Shown here in pieces: positions 28,682 through 38,163 of a DNA stretch of 64,000 nucleotides. A program made the translations under genes and the position numbers. The notes below the pieces were generated by a model. The model ran no database searches, was not told the origin of the DNA, and saw nothing but the letters and a program-made list of their open reading frames with translations. Origin of the DNA: Cenarchaeum sp. (GTDB lineage Archaea; Thermoproteota; Nitrososphaeria; Nitrososphaerales; Nitrosopumilaceae); the NCBI GenBank assembly GCA_963693095.2, contig OY843768.1:768001-832000 (forward strand), given 5' to 3'. Position 1 is the stretch's first letter, and each line of letters opens with the position of its first letter.

Positions 28682-30006
28682 GCGCGGGGCGCATCTCGAT
28701 TCGCGAGGAGATACTGCACAGCCGCATGGGAGTCGCCGGAATCACAATACTTGCCGCGCTCCTTGTGCTGTCTGCTGCCACCGTGGCCTCTGGACTGGGA
28801 GATGCGATCCGCGAGTGGAACGATCCGGCCGCATGGCTCACGCTCCCAAAATCGGCAATGCCGGCATGGGCAAACGTGGGGCCTGACAGGCTAGCCGAGC
28901 ACACAGTGGTAGATGGCAGTGCGGCGCGCGGCGGGCATTCGCACGCGACGGCGATCCACGACTTTGGGCTCAGTGCCGGCGGGCTGCCGTCTGATGTAAT
29001 GTTCGAGTATGCGGCACGCTACTCGGGCTCGCCGCTCCTTGAGCTGCGCGTGCTGCGGCCTGACGGGGCAGAGCTCGGCATTGCTGCCGTCGCGCTCCCG
29101 CGCTCTGATGGCGACTCGGTGCGCCACGGGCGCGTATTCTCGACAGACGCCTCGGTTCGCAGGATGGTCGCCATGCAGGCCGACGGTGCCGGTGCCGAGG
29201 AGGCCATGTTTGGGGGCTCGGACGGACGGGCACTGGCCGGAGCTTATGCCGTGGCCGCCACGATATACGGGACAGGTGGCGCCCCGGAGATCGTCTCCTC
29301 GCGGCTAGTCATCAGCGGTGGCGCATATGGCCCGATGGGAACCGACGAGATGCGCCGTGACCTCGCCGTTGGCCTCGCCTGGGGCGCCCCGCTTGCGCTC
29401 TTTGTGGGCGTGAGCGTCGCTGTCGCCTCGGTCATGATCGGCCTCGCATACGGCATGTATGCCGGATACAGGGGCGGCAGGGCCGATGAGACGATGATGA
29501 GGGCAAATGACGTCGTCTATGCGCTCCCCGCACTGCCATTCCTCGTCATACTCGCCGTCACGCTGAGCAACAGCATATTTGTCATGGTCGCATTTCTCGT
29601 CATGTTTGGCTGGGTTGCAGTCGCAAAGGTGTCGCGAAGCATGGCCCTGCAGGCAAGGGCGCGCGGGTACGTCGAGGCTGCCAGGATAATGGGCCAGCGC
29701 GACTCGAGGACGATACTGCGCCATGTCATGCCGCAGCTCCTGCCATACGCGCTGGCAAGCATCGCGATATCGGTTCCGGCGGCGATAACAACGGAGGCCG
29801 GACTCAGCTTTTTGGGCCTGGGGGATCCCGAGTATCCCACGTGGGGCCAGATGCTGCGCGATGCGAGCCTTCACGGGGCGGCAGCACGCGGCCTCTGGTG
29901 GTGGGTCGTGCCGCCGGGACTCATGATTGCGCTGACTGGCCTGGCGTTTGTGTTCATTGGCGGGTCGCTTGATGCGGCGATAAACCCAAGGCTGCGCCGA
30001 CGCTAG
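28678..30006 (+). CDS. Peptide/nickel ABC transporter permease, DppC/OppC type
   Basis: MGTDEMRRD, YVEAARIMG, EAGLSFLGLG, TWGQML; ATGA overlap with upstream gene. Confidence 0.92.
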   Translation: MSAGRISIREEILHSRMGVAGITILAALLVLSAATVASGLGDAIREWNDPAAWLTLPKSAMPAWANVGPDRLAEHTVVDGSAARGGHSHATAIHDFGLSAGGLPSDVMFEYAARYSGSPLLELRVLRPDGAELGIAAVALPRSDGDSVRHGRVFSTDASVRRMVAMQADGAGAEEAMFGGSDGRALAGAYAVAATIYGTGGAPEIVSSRLVISGGAYGPMGTDEMRRDLAVGLAWGAPLALFVGVSVAVASVMIGLAYGMYAGYRGGRADETMMRANDVVYALPALPFLVILAVTLSNSIFVMVAFLVMFGWVAVAKVSRSMALQARARGYVEAARIMGQRDSRTILRHVMPQLLPYALASIAISVPAAITTEAGLSFLGLGDPEYPTWGQMLRDASLHGAAARGLWWWVVPPGLMIALTGLAFVFIGGSLDAAINPRLRRR

Positions 30007-30347
30007 GATCGCTCAAAGGCGCGTATGGCCTCTAGCGTCACGCCGCCAAGCTTTACCGTGTATGCGGCCGCAAGGTTGTTGCCGTTCCTCTCCTCGGCAT
30101 TGGCCTCGAGCTCCTCGGCAAAGGACGTCTTGTCGCGCCCGCGCGAGAATTCGCCGCCGGCCTCCTTTATGCAGAGTGGAAACTTTTTGAGCGCGACATT
30201 TTGCTCGAGGAGGTGCGCGATAAACCCCTTGTACGCCGCAATGTCATACCACTCGCGCGAGCGCTCGCCGCAAAAGGCGATCCACGTGTCTATCGTGTTC
30301 TGGTATATCGCCCTGTCCCGCAACGCCTCTAGCATCATCTGCGCCAC
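30003..30347 (-). CDS. Hypothetical protein
   Basis: 114-aa ORF co-oriented with and abutting the upstream gene. Confidence 0.7.
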   Translation of the reverse strand: MAQMMLEALRDRAIYQNTIDTWIAFCGERSREWYDIAAYKGFIAHLLEQNVALKKFPLCIKEAGGEFSRGRDKTSFAEELEANAEERNGNNLAAAYTVKLGGVTLEAIRAFERS

Positions 30348-30351
30348 AACC

Positions 30352-30675
30352 TCAAAAGTGCGCGCTAGTCGCCCGTGATCCGCAGACGGGGCACTCGCGC
30401 CCCTTGTAGACCTTGCCGCACCTCATGCACGAGAACTGCGCAGACTCTGTCTCGCGGTTCATCCCAAAGAGGCCGCCGCCGAGGCCGGAGCGCTGCGAGC
30501 CAAGCCCCCCGCGAAGCTGGCCCATGTAGCGCCGGCGCAAAAAGAGCGGGAACGCGATGAATATGGCAAGGGCGATGCCAAGGCCGTACGGGAACGGCAG
30601 AACCATCTGCAGGCCTATCGATATTCCAAGCGACACAAAGAGGAACAGGAGGTAGTGCCTGTATGTGAATGCCAT
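30352..30675 (-). CDS. 2-TM protein with C-terminal zinc ribbon
   Basis: Two hydrophobic helices; CMRCG...CPVCG. Confidence 0.8.
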   Translation of the reverse strand: MAFTYRHYLLFLFVSLGISIGLQMVLPFPYGLGIALAIFIAFPLFLRRRYMGQLRGGLGSQRSGLGGGLFGMNRETESAQFSCMRCGKVYKGRECPVCGSRATSAHF

Positions 30676-30773
30676 GCCCCACGCACGAAGGGGTTTTACA
30701 TATAACACTTTGCCCTGCGGGCAGCATCAGGGACGAGGCCTCCACCACAGGCCCGATTGGGCACTGGATTCGC

Positions 30774-30956
30774 CTACCTGCGCCTGCGCCGCTGGCCGGG
30801 CTTGTTTTGGCCCGGAACCCTGCTTAGCGCAAAGCGCTTCTTAAAGTTGGACTTGTTTCTCACGCTGGCGTTGGTTCCGACTCGCTTTCGACCCTCAACC
30901 TTGGGGGTCTGACCGCGAACCTTGCCGGCCTTTGTGAGTGATCCGTGAGTCGCCAT
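30774..30956 (-). CDS. rps30e: 30S ribosomal protein S30e
   Basis: MATHGSLTKAGKVRGQTPKV. Confidence 0.97.
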   Translation of the reverse strand: MATHGSLTKAGKVRGQTPKVEGRKRVGTNASVRNKSNFKKRFALSRVPGQNKPGQRRRRR

Positions 30957-31021
30957 TCTGCAGCAACGCCAAATGGCGACAATTTAAGGATTTATGGCCA
31001 TGCCCACGCCTGCGACCCGCC

Positions 31022-34000
31022 CTAGGTCGTCGGCATGTATGTGACTGTCGGGGTCAAGTCGGTGCCGCCGAGGCTGACGTGCCAGAGCACAAATGTCAGC
31101 GTGTCGTCAAGCTCAATCAGGGGATCGGCCTCGCCGGCTCCGCTGGAGGCGACGCCAGTGGCCACCGCACTGCCCACCATCCACTCTGACGCCCTAATCG
31201 TTCCGCTGACGGGCTCGTCGAACGTCACGGCGGTCTGGCCCATCTCGCCGGTCATGGCGCTAAATGTCGGCGTGATGCCGTCACTGGCGAGATCTGAGTT
31301 CGTGGGGACGGGACTCCCGGCGACACTGAGGGATCCAGGCACGGGCATGATTATGCCTTGCCCGCGCAACACTGGTTGCGTGTACGACACTGACGGCATC
31401 GAGTCCGGAGATGCGAGTGGCGCATGTGAGATGACGAGTGTCTTTTCGCTCGAAGAGTCCGATATCATGTGTGTTGACTTTGCGATCTCCTGTGTTGCAG
31501 GAGTGGCCGCAGGGGCATTTGCGGCATTTCCTAGCGCAATGCGCGTTATCGGGAAATCGGTCTCTCCAACATCGACCTTCCAGTTATCGGTGTCAATTAG
31601 GCCCCCCATAGAACCATCAAATGTCACGGCGGTCGTCTCTAGTCCTGTCGCCTTGGCCACAAAGTTGCCCGGCGTGTATATCGCGATCCGGGACTGGGTT
31701 GGGAGCGTGTTTTGTGCCGTAGACGTGTCTGTTATTGCAGACGAGACGAGTACTATGTAGGATATGGCCGCAGTTGCTTCATCGACAGACAGGCGAGCTG
31801 TAGACAAGTCATAATCGACACGTTCCACATCCAGTCCAGTCTCTCCAGATAATTGTGTGATTACCCTCCAGCCTGAGTTGGGACCTCGCACCGGCTCGCT
31901 GAACGTTGCGACAATGTGCTCAGAGTCCACAAATTCCACACGGGTTAAGACTGGACGCATCATGTCTGTGAGCTGGACTGTGGTTTGGCTGATCGCGTTG
32001 GGTGGAATCGACCGGTCGGTGACCGTGGCAGGATTGGTGATCTCTAGCACGTCGCCGCTGCGCACGCCCGTGTTTGACTGGAGCGGAAAGGTAAAGAGAA
32101 TCTCGTCACGCGACTCGGTGTATACGGCACCGATAGACGTGTCACCTCCAGGAAGGGCAGCAGATGCGCCAAACCCGCCATGAATCTTGTCGTCTAGCGT
32201 AACCAGGACAGAGCTAGTCGTCGCAGCGTTGCTTATCACAGCAGACAGCATCATCGGACCTGTCGTGTCCTCGGGATATGTTGCCCTGACTGCCGCAGCA
32301 GAGGCGGAGCGTGGCGTTCCGGCCGCGTCAGTGACAGTTTCGGGGATTGTGAGTGTCCACGTTCCTGCGCGTGCGCCGGAGCCAAGGGGAAACGTCATCA
32401 CGGGGCCGGCCACCATGGGCACGGCAGTAACACTAGCCGGCCCTGATCCCGAATTCGTCGTGCTCGCCGTGAGCTCAGCGCTGGCGCGCATCTCCTCGCT
32501 GAATGTCACGACGATGTTGTTGCCCACCACCCGCGGAGGCGACGTGATCGATATTAGAGGCGGAATGCTTTCGGTGGCCACAACTGAGACACGCTGGCCA
32601 GTTTCTGCCATGTTGGTTCCCAAAGAGTCCCTGATCGGCACTGCCGGAGCCACGTACTCGACAGTTGGCGTGGAACCCGTCGATTCAAGCGGGTCATGCG
32701 TTAGTGTGTAAAGTGAGGCCGTGCGGATGATCGAGTCGGGACGGACACCATCGACACGCCAGTTTTCCCTGTCAAGCATCAGGGTGGGAGTGCTGCCATC
32801 GGTGGTGATCGCAGAGTTGACCACCGTCTCGCTAAACGCAATGTCAGTCTCGGTAAGGCTAATTGCCCTAGCGCCAAAAGTTGGGGGAATGGCATCGATC
32901 ACAAACACAGTATCCGTCTCCAGGGCAACCCCGGGCGCATCTCCGAGCGTAATGCCGCCAGAGGCAGGTTTTGTGTAAGTGACACCAAAGAATGGCGACG
33001 TGTCGCCAAGGGGCTCGTGCGTGATGACCAGGGCGCTTACAGTAGAGTCATCGGCAATGGTGTGCGTTGACTTTGCCACTGCCGGTGGGCCGGCCACGGC
33101 AGCCCTGGCCACAGGCGCACCCTGTTGGGCGCCAAGCGCGATGCTCAGCACTTTTTTGTCCACAGTCGCCGTGCCTGTCCTGGTGGTGATCTCTTCACTA
33201 GCTGTCCAGTGGTCAGTGTCAATCGTGCCCATTGGCACAGAGTCACTGAACGCGAGGTGCGTGGTTTCAAGATCGACTGCGGTTGCAGTAAAGACGGCCA
33301 TTTGCGTTCCCAGCGTCATAATGGTATATGTCGTGCCTGGCGCTATCTTGGTGGGCGGGGTACCCCTGTCAGTAAGCTCGTCAGGAACGCCTATCACGTA
33401 CGTCGTTCCAGGGGTCGCAGCCATTGTAAACCCCAGGACGATCCTGTGCTCCAGGCTCTCACCTGCCGACGGACTGGCAGTGACCGTGCCAAGCGACGGA
33501 CTGATCGTCCAGGTGCCCGAGGTTGTCACACCCTCGCTAAATTCAACCACGGCACCCATGAGATCATCCGCAAATGTGGCACGCAGGACAACCGGCACTG
33601 TGCTCGCCCCCACAACCACATTGCTCGTTGAGAATACCGGATTGTCATCAGAGTCCACCAGGCTCGAGCCGGCATTCGAATGTGGGGCAAACGACCCATA
33701 TGAGACATACACCGTGCCAGCAGTGAATGCTGTGGGATTATGCTCCAGGACCAGCTCGGTGATGGCATCATCGGCACTTAGCGTAACGGGGTTGACGCGA
33801 TCCACCCGCTCGAACACGGTTTTGTCAGCATTGTGGCCATATTGCAGGGCAAACACGCGCAGATATGCCGGAAACCCCCCTGACTCGATTCGCTGCAGCC
33901 AGTTGTCGGCGTCCAGGACGCCATGAACCGGCTCGCTGAACACGATTGTCGTGCGCGAGGAATCCGCGCCCACTCGGGCAGTGAACGTCGGCATGGCAGC

Positions 34001-34111
34001 GTCGGCCTGCGCGGTGACATCCTCAATGTGCCCCACGGCAGCCACTGCGGCGAGCACACCCACAAACAGCACGAGTCCTCTCGGGCGCAACACGGCCAAA
34101 TTCCGCAGCAT
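31022..34111 (-). CDS. Large secreted surface protein with repeated Ig-like modules (1029 aa)
   Basis: Signal peptide; repeated PTFxA...TxIxFSExV...D/NW...H..L...PTVxY modules. Confidence 0.88.
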   Translation of the reverse strand: MLRNLAVLRPRGLVLFVGVLAAVAAVGHIEDVTAQADAAMPTFTARVGADSSRTTIVFSEPVHGVLDADNWLQRIESGGFPAYLRVFALQYGHNADKTVFERVDRVNPVTLSADDAITELVLEHNPTAFTAGTVYVSYGSFAPHSNAGSSLVDSDDNPVFSTSNVVVGASTVPVVLRATFADDLMGAVVEFSEGVTTSGTWTISPSLGTVTASPSAGESLEHRIVLGFTMAATPGTTYVIGVPDELTDRGTPPTKIAPGTTYTIMTLGTQMAVFTATAVDLETTHLAFSDSVPMGTIDTDHWTASEEITTRTGTATVDKKVLSIALGAQQGAPVARAAVAGPPAVAKSTHTIADDSTVSALVITHEPLGDTSPFFGVTYTKPASGGITLGDAPGVALETDTVFVIDAIPPTFGARAISLTETDIAFSETVVNSAITTDGSTPTLMLDRENWRVDGVRPDSIIRTASLYTLTHDPLESTGSTPTVEYVAPAVPIRDSLGTNMAETGQRVSVVATESIPPLISITSPPRVVGNNIVVTFSEEMRASAELTASTTNSGSGPASVTAVPMVAGPVMTFPLGSGARAGTWTLTIPETVTDAAGTPRSASAAAVRATYPEDTTGPMMLSAVISNAATTSSVLVTLDDKIHGGFGASAALPGGDTSIGAVYTESRDEILFTFPLQSNTGVRSGDVLEITNPATVTDRSIPPNAISQTTVQLTDMMRPVLTRVEFVDSEHIVATFSEPVRGPNSGWRVITQLSGETGLDVERVDYDLSTARLSVDEATAAISYIVLVSSAITDTSTAQNTLPTQSRIAIYTPGNFVAKATGLETTAVTFDGSMGGLIDTDNWKVDVGETDFPITRIALGNAANAPAATPATQEIAKSTHMISDSSSEKTLVISHAPLASPDSMPSVSYTQPVLRGQGIIMPVPGSLSVAGSPVPTNSDLASDGITPTFSAMTGEMGQTAVTFDEPVSGTIRASEWMVGSAVATGVASSGAGEADPLIELDDTLTFVLWHVSLGGTDLTPTVTYMPTT

Positions 34112-34163
34112 TAAGATATAAACATAGTGTGAAAATCCACGCCAAATGCCACGTGGACACTAT

Positions 34164-34583
34164 CTAGCAGGGTCTCTCGTCCACGATGCGGATCGGCGCA
34201 CCAGAGCTGTCCCAGGCGCATATGTCGCCCTCCTCGTACGGGTATGCGACGATGACTGAGACGAGGCCAAAAAAGTTGTGCAGGTCAGGAACCGAAGGGC
34301 GCGCCGTCCCGCTAGGGTGCGAGTGGAACATGCCAACATAGCTCTTGTCAAACGGGAGAAACGAGTGCGGAAACCCCGCAAACGTAGGGCCGCTGTGCGA
34401 GAACGGCGGCACGACGAGGCCATCGACTGCAATGCCGGCCCCCTTTGACTTTCCGCGAAGTATGAGGATCGCCTCGTTCGGGTGCCGCATCTTGCTGTAC
34501 GAGAGTATGCCGTCGCGCACGTCCCCCGATATCCAGAGCTTGCGCTCAGGCGGGGGCGACTTTGGCTTTCTAGAAAAGAACAT
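34164..34583 (-). CDS. JAB1/MPN/Mov34 (JAMM) metalloprotease
   Basis: PNE...FHSHPSGTARPSVPD (E...HxH...S..D). Confidence 0.9.
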   Translation of the reverse strand: MFFSRKPKSPPPERKLWISGDVRDGILSYSKMRHPNEAILILRGKSKGAGIAVDGLVVPPFSHSGPTFAGFPHSFLPFDKSYVGMFHSHPSGTARPSVPDLHNFFGLVSVIVAYPYEEGDICAWDSSGAPIRIVDERPC

Positions 34584-34743
34584 TGCCGGATCAGCGCCCC
34601 GGCGCGTGCCGCACGGGCATGGCTAGCGCCACATGTCGACTTGCCATCACGAGGCGTGTGCGCGCTGACCCGTATAAGCCTGCCGAGTGGGGGCGCGCTG
34701 CCCCATCAGTTGGTTTTTAAGCGCCGCCACGAGCCGCGCACGC

Positions 34744-36138
34744 ATGAAACTCGCGTTGGCCATGGCCATCTGCCTTACCGCAGTCGCCCTCCCTGCCGCA
34801 TACGGCGAGGAGGGCATGGTGACATACATGGGCGAGTCATTCTCGTTCATGTATCCGGAGAACTGGTCCGTATACGACGAGGGCGTGGCGCAGTGGGACA
34901 CCTGGACCGTGCCAGTGTGGGCATTTGGGTCTGATGAGCGCAATGTCGACTCGAGGCTCTATGTCGCCGAGATACCCCCCGTCATAGGCGCAGATGAGAA
35001 GTGGAGCGACTCAAAGTACATTGCGCGCATTGCGACATCAGAGGCAGAGTTTTGCGCAAGCGGGGCGATCGCGTGGGGGCGCTATGCGTGCGTTGACTTT
35101 GAGGTGGTTCACGCGTCACACTATTCGACGAACCACCCATACTATCTTGTCGTCTTTGAGTGGGTTCGCGAGTACGCCGACGGATCCAGGGTCGAGGCCA
35201 CAGCGGCGCGAATCGACGTGCCCGCCGAGTCTGGAACGATGGTGATGTTTGCCGAGGCGCCGTCCACAAAGTGGGAGCGCCTTGGGCTCCTCGACTCGGT
35301 CAGGTCGTTTGCGCCATCTGGCGGGTTTGGTGGACCGACTGAGGCCACGATGACGATGCTAGCCGAGAACGTCTACCACTATTACGACTCGTATGGAACC
35401 CTAGTGGTCATCGGTGAGGATGATGTCCTCATCACGGACACGGCAAACACGGCAAGGGCCGAGGCCCTAAAGGAGGCCATCGCCGAGATCACCGAAACGC
35501 CAGTCACGATGATCGCGCTCTCGCACGAGCACTATGACCACGTTGGCGGAACCGGCGTCTTTGAGGACGCAAATATAGTCTGTCACATAAACTGCGCGCC
35601 AGTCTTTGAGCTCTCGACGTTCATGGACGTGCCGGACAAGGTTGACATTGAGTTTGACGAGTACCACGAGATCGACGTTGGCGGCATTACAGTCGAGCTC
35701 CACCACATTGCGCCGGCTGACGGCGATGCGACAACGGTTATCTACCTGCCGGATCACGGCATTGTCGCAACATCAGACCTCTACACTCCCGGCGGCCTCA
35801 CGGACGCCAGGTGGATAACTGACACAAACCTCCTCGGCACGCGAAAGGTCCTCACCGAGATGGCCTCATGGGACATAAAGCACGAGATAAACAGCCACTA
35901 TCCGGGCACAGACACCTCAAACCTGCGCAAGGCCCTGACGTTCTTTGATGACCTGCAGGATGCCGTCACCGACGAGCTTGCCGCCGGACTCGAGCGCGAC
36001 GGCATCTTTGGCATATACAAGGCAATGGCCACGATGCCTGACACGATAGAGCTCCCCCACTATTCCTCGTGGAACAACTATGAGGACCTTCCGCGCTATA
36101 TCGAGAGAATGGCCGAAGCGATAACGCACGGCGACTAG
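34744..36138 (+). CDS. Secreted metallo-beta-lactamase-fold hydrolase with extra N-terminal domain
   Basis: Signal peptide MKLALAMAI; SHEHYDHVGG (HxHxDH); later ATSD and NSH ligands. Confidence 0.85.
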   Translation: MKLALAMAICLTAVALPAAYGEEGMVTYMGESFSFMYPENWSVYDEGVAQWDTWTVPVWAFGSDERNVDSRLYVAEIPPVIGADEKWSDSKYIARIATSEAEFCASGAIAWGRYACVDFEVVHASHYSTNHPYYLVVFEWVREYADGSRVEATAARIDVPAESGTMVMFAEAPSTKWERLGLLDSVRSFAPSGGFGGPTEATMTMLAENVYHYYDSYGTLVVIGEDDVLITDTANTARAEALKEAIAEITETPVTMIALSHEHYDHVGGTGVFEDANIVCHINCAPVFELSTFMDVPDKVDIEFDEYHEIDVGGITVELHHIAPADGDATTVIYLPDHGIVATSDLYTPGGLTDARWITDTNLLGTRKVLTEMASWDIKHEINSHYPGTDTSNLRKALTFFDDLQDAVTDELAAGLERDGIFGIYKAMATMPDTIELPHYSSWNNYEDLPRYIERMAEAITHGD

Positions 36139-37586
36139 TATCCGCGCGCAAAGAGCGGTGCCGGACCGGCGCACGCCCCGCCACACACAACGCACTTGCC
36201 CCCGCCCTCGCCGCCAAACGGGATGACCCTAATCTCGGCGCCCGTCTTGTCCTTGACCTTCTCCTCGCACTCCGGAGAGCCGCACCACGCGGCCCTGATG
36301 AACCCGCCGCGCTCGACGAGGCGCGCAAGCTCGTCATACGAGGAGGCATCATGCGTCATTGCGCCCTGCGCCTTGCGCGCGGCCTCTAGCATCTCGGCGT
36401 GCATCGTGTCCATGATGCCCGTGACTGTGGCAATCTCGCCAAAGGCGACGCGCGACTTTGCCCTGTTGTGCCTTGTCACGACGACGGCCTCGCCGGACTC
36501 GATGTCCTTGGGCCCGACCTCTATCCGGACTGGCACGCCACGCAGCTCCCAGTCGTTAAACTTGAAGCCCGGCGTGAGGCCCTCGCGCGAGTCGACGTGC
36601 GCCCTCACGCCGGCGCCGGAGAGCGCATCGCGCAGCTCGGAGGCCTTGGCCATTACGCGCGACTCGGCATCATCGTCATAGTATATTGGCACTATGACGG
36701 CCTGGATCGGCGCGACGCGCGGGGGCAGGACAAGGCCCTTGTCATCACCATGGACCATTATCATCGCGCCAATTAGCCTCCACGAGACGCCCCAGGATGT
36801 CTGCCAGGCGGGCTGCTCAACATTGTCACGGTCGGCGTACTTTATCCCAAACGGGACAGAAAAGTTTTGTCCCAAAAAGTGTGACGTGCCCATCTGGAGC
36901 GCCTTGCCGTCAGGCATCATGGACTCCACGGCGAGCGTGTGGACCGCGCCGACGAACTTTTCGCGCTCGCTCTTTGTGCCGCGCACAACGGGGATGGCAA
37001 GCTCGCGCTCCATGACGCCCGCATACGCGTCGAGTGCGCGCTCGGTCTCGGCCTCTGCCTCCTCGCGCGTCTCGTGCGCAGTGTGGCCCTCCTGCCACAG
37101 GAACTCGGATGTGCGCAGGAACGGGCGCGTCGCCTTTATCTCGGCGCGCAGTGCCGTGTTCCAAAAGTTGATGCGAAGCGGCAGGTCGCGCCAGCTCTTT
37201 ATCCACTTTGAGTACATTTCGTATGCGAGCGCCTCAGACGTCGGGCGCAGCGCGAGCCTGTCGCCGAGCTCAGAATTGCCAGAGTGCGTGACCCAAAAGA
37301 CCTCAGGGGTAAACCCCGCAAAGTGGTCCGCCTCGCGCGACAGGAGCGACTCGGGTATGAGCGTGGGCAAAAACGCGTTGCGCACGCCGTTCTTTGCAAA
37401 CTCGGCATCAAGCGTGGACCGGAGGGACTCCCAGATGGAGTATCCGTCAGGACGCAGGACCATGAGGCCCTTGACTGGCGCATAGTCGGCAAGCTCGGCC
37501 TTTAGGACCACCTGCGTGTACCACTCGCTAAAATCCCCCGACTTTGGTGCAGTTATGCCGACGAGCGGCGCGTTTCGCCTTGCCAA
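36135..37586 (-). CDS. proS: Proline--tRNA ligase (archaeal/eukaryotic type)
   Basis: FSEWY, LRPTSE, FLRTSEFLWQEGH, QTSWGVSWR, C-terminal ARGY. Confidence 0.97.
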   Translation of the reverse strand: MARRNAPLVGITAPKSGDFSEWYTQVVLKAELADYAPVKGLMVLRPDGYSIWESLRSTLDAEFAKNGVRNAFLPTLIPESLLSREADHFAGFTPEVFWVTHSGNSELGDRLALRPTSEALAYEMYSKWIKSWRDLPLRINFWNTALRAEIKATRPFLRTSEFLWQEGHTAHETREEAEAETERALDAYAGVMERELAIPVVRGTKSEREKFVGAVHTLAVESMMPDGKALQMGTSHFLGQNFSVPFGIKYADRDNVEQPAWQTSWGVSWRLIGAMIMVHGDDKGLVLPPRVAPIQAVIVPIYYDDDAESRVMAKASELRDALSGAGVRAHVDSREGLTPGFKFNDWELRGVPVRIEVGPKDIESGEAVVVTRHNRAKSRVAFGEIATVTGIMDTMHAEMLEAARKAQGAMTHDASSYDELARLVERGGFIRAAWCGSPECEEKVKDKTGAEIRVIPFGGEGGGKCVVCGGACAGPAPLFARGY

Positions 37587-37614
37587 TGCGGCAGACTGCG
37601 CGCGCAAGCGTTAA

Positions 37615-38163
37615 TTAGCCTTGCGAGGGCACGTTCGCCTTTATGGGGAGGCCCATGCACAGAACCTTGCCACGCACGCGACTCTGAAAGTTAGAGCACA
37701 CAAAGCATTTTAGGAACTGCACGTCACGCTCAAGGACAGGACAGTCCACGTACTCTCGCTTCATGCGCCTCAGCATCTTGGCGCTCACGCCCTTTATGTT
37801 GATCTTGCCGCCGGGCATCATGCCGGCCGCCACTAGCTCCTCGCGCGTGTCAGCCTCGATCTTTGGGGCGACCTCGTGCTCGTGTATCTCGACTTCGTAC
37901 TTGTGCGTCATGGTGCGGCCATTCTCCACGATAGGATCAGGCGCACCATCCTGGGCGGCCTCTGGGGCGGCCTCCTGTGTCTCCGGTGCGGCCCCCGGGG
38001 CGGCCTCCTGTGTCTCCGGTGCGGCCTCTGATGCGGCCCCCTGCGACTCCGGTGCGGCCTCTGGCGCATCAGGCATTGGCTCGGCCATTGCAGGGGCGTT
38101 CTGCCCCTCTGGCGTGCCCGTCATGTCTGGCTGCGACGACATGCCGCTCCACTCTTTGCTCAA
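37615..38163 (-). CDS. Hypothetical protein with acidic low-complexity N-terminus and Cys-rich C-terminus
   Basis: EAAPETQEAAP repeats; DCP...KCFVC...LC; overlaps ppdK stop. Confidence 0.75.
   Translation of the reverse strand: MSKEWSGMSSQPDMTGTPEGQNAPAMAEPMPDAPEAAPESQGAASEAAPETQEAAPGAAPETQEAAPEAAQDGAPDPIVENGRTMTHKYEVEIHEHEVAPKIEADTREELVAAGMMPGGKINIKGVSAKMLRRMKREYVDCPVLERDVQFLKCFVCSNFQSRVRGKVLCMGLPIKANVPSQG

Noticed and set aside
27632-30006. ABC permeases without adjacent ATPase or binding protein
   Set aside because: Split ABC loci are common in archaea; partners are probably elsewhere
37950-38065. Short EAAPETQEAAP coding repeats
   Set aside because: Low-complexity linker of 2-3 copies with no further structure
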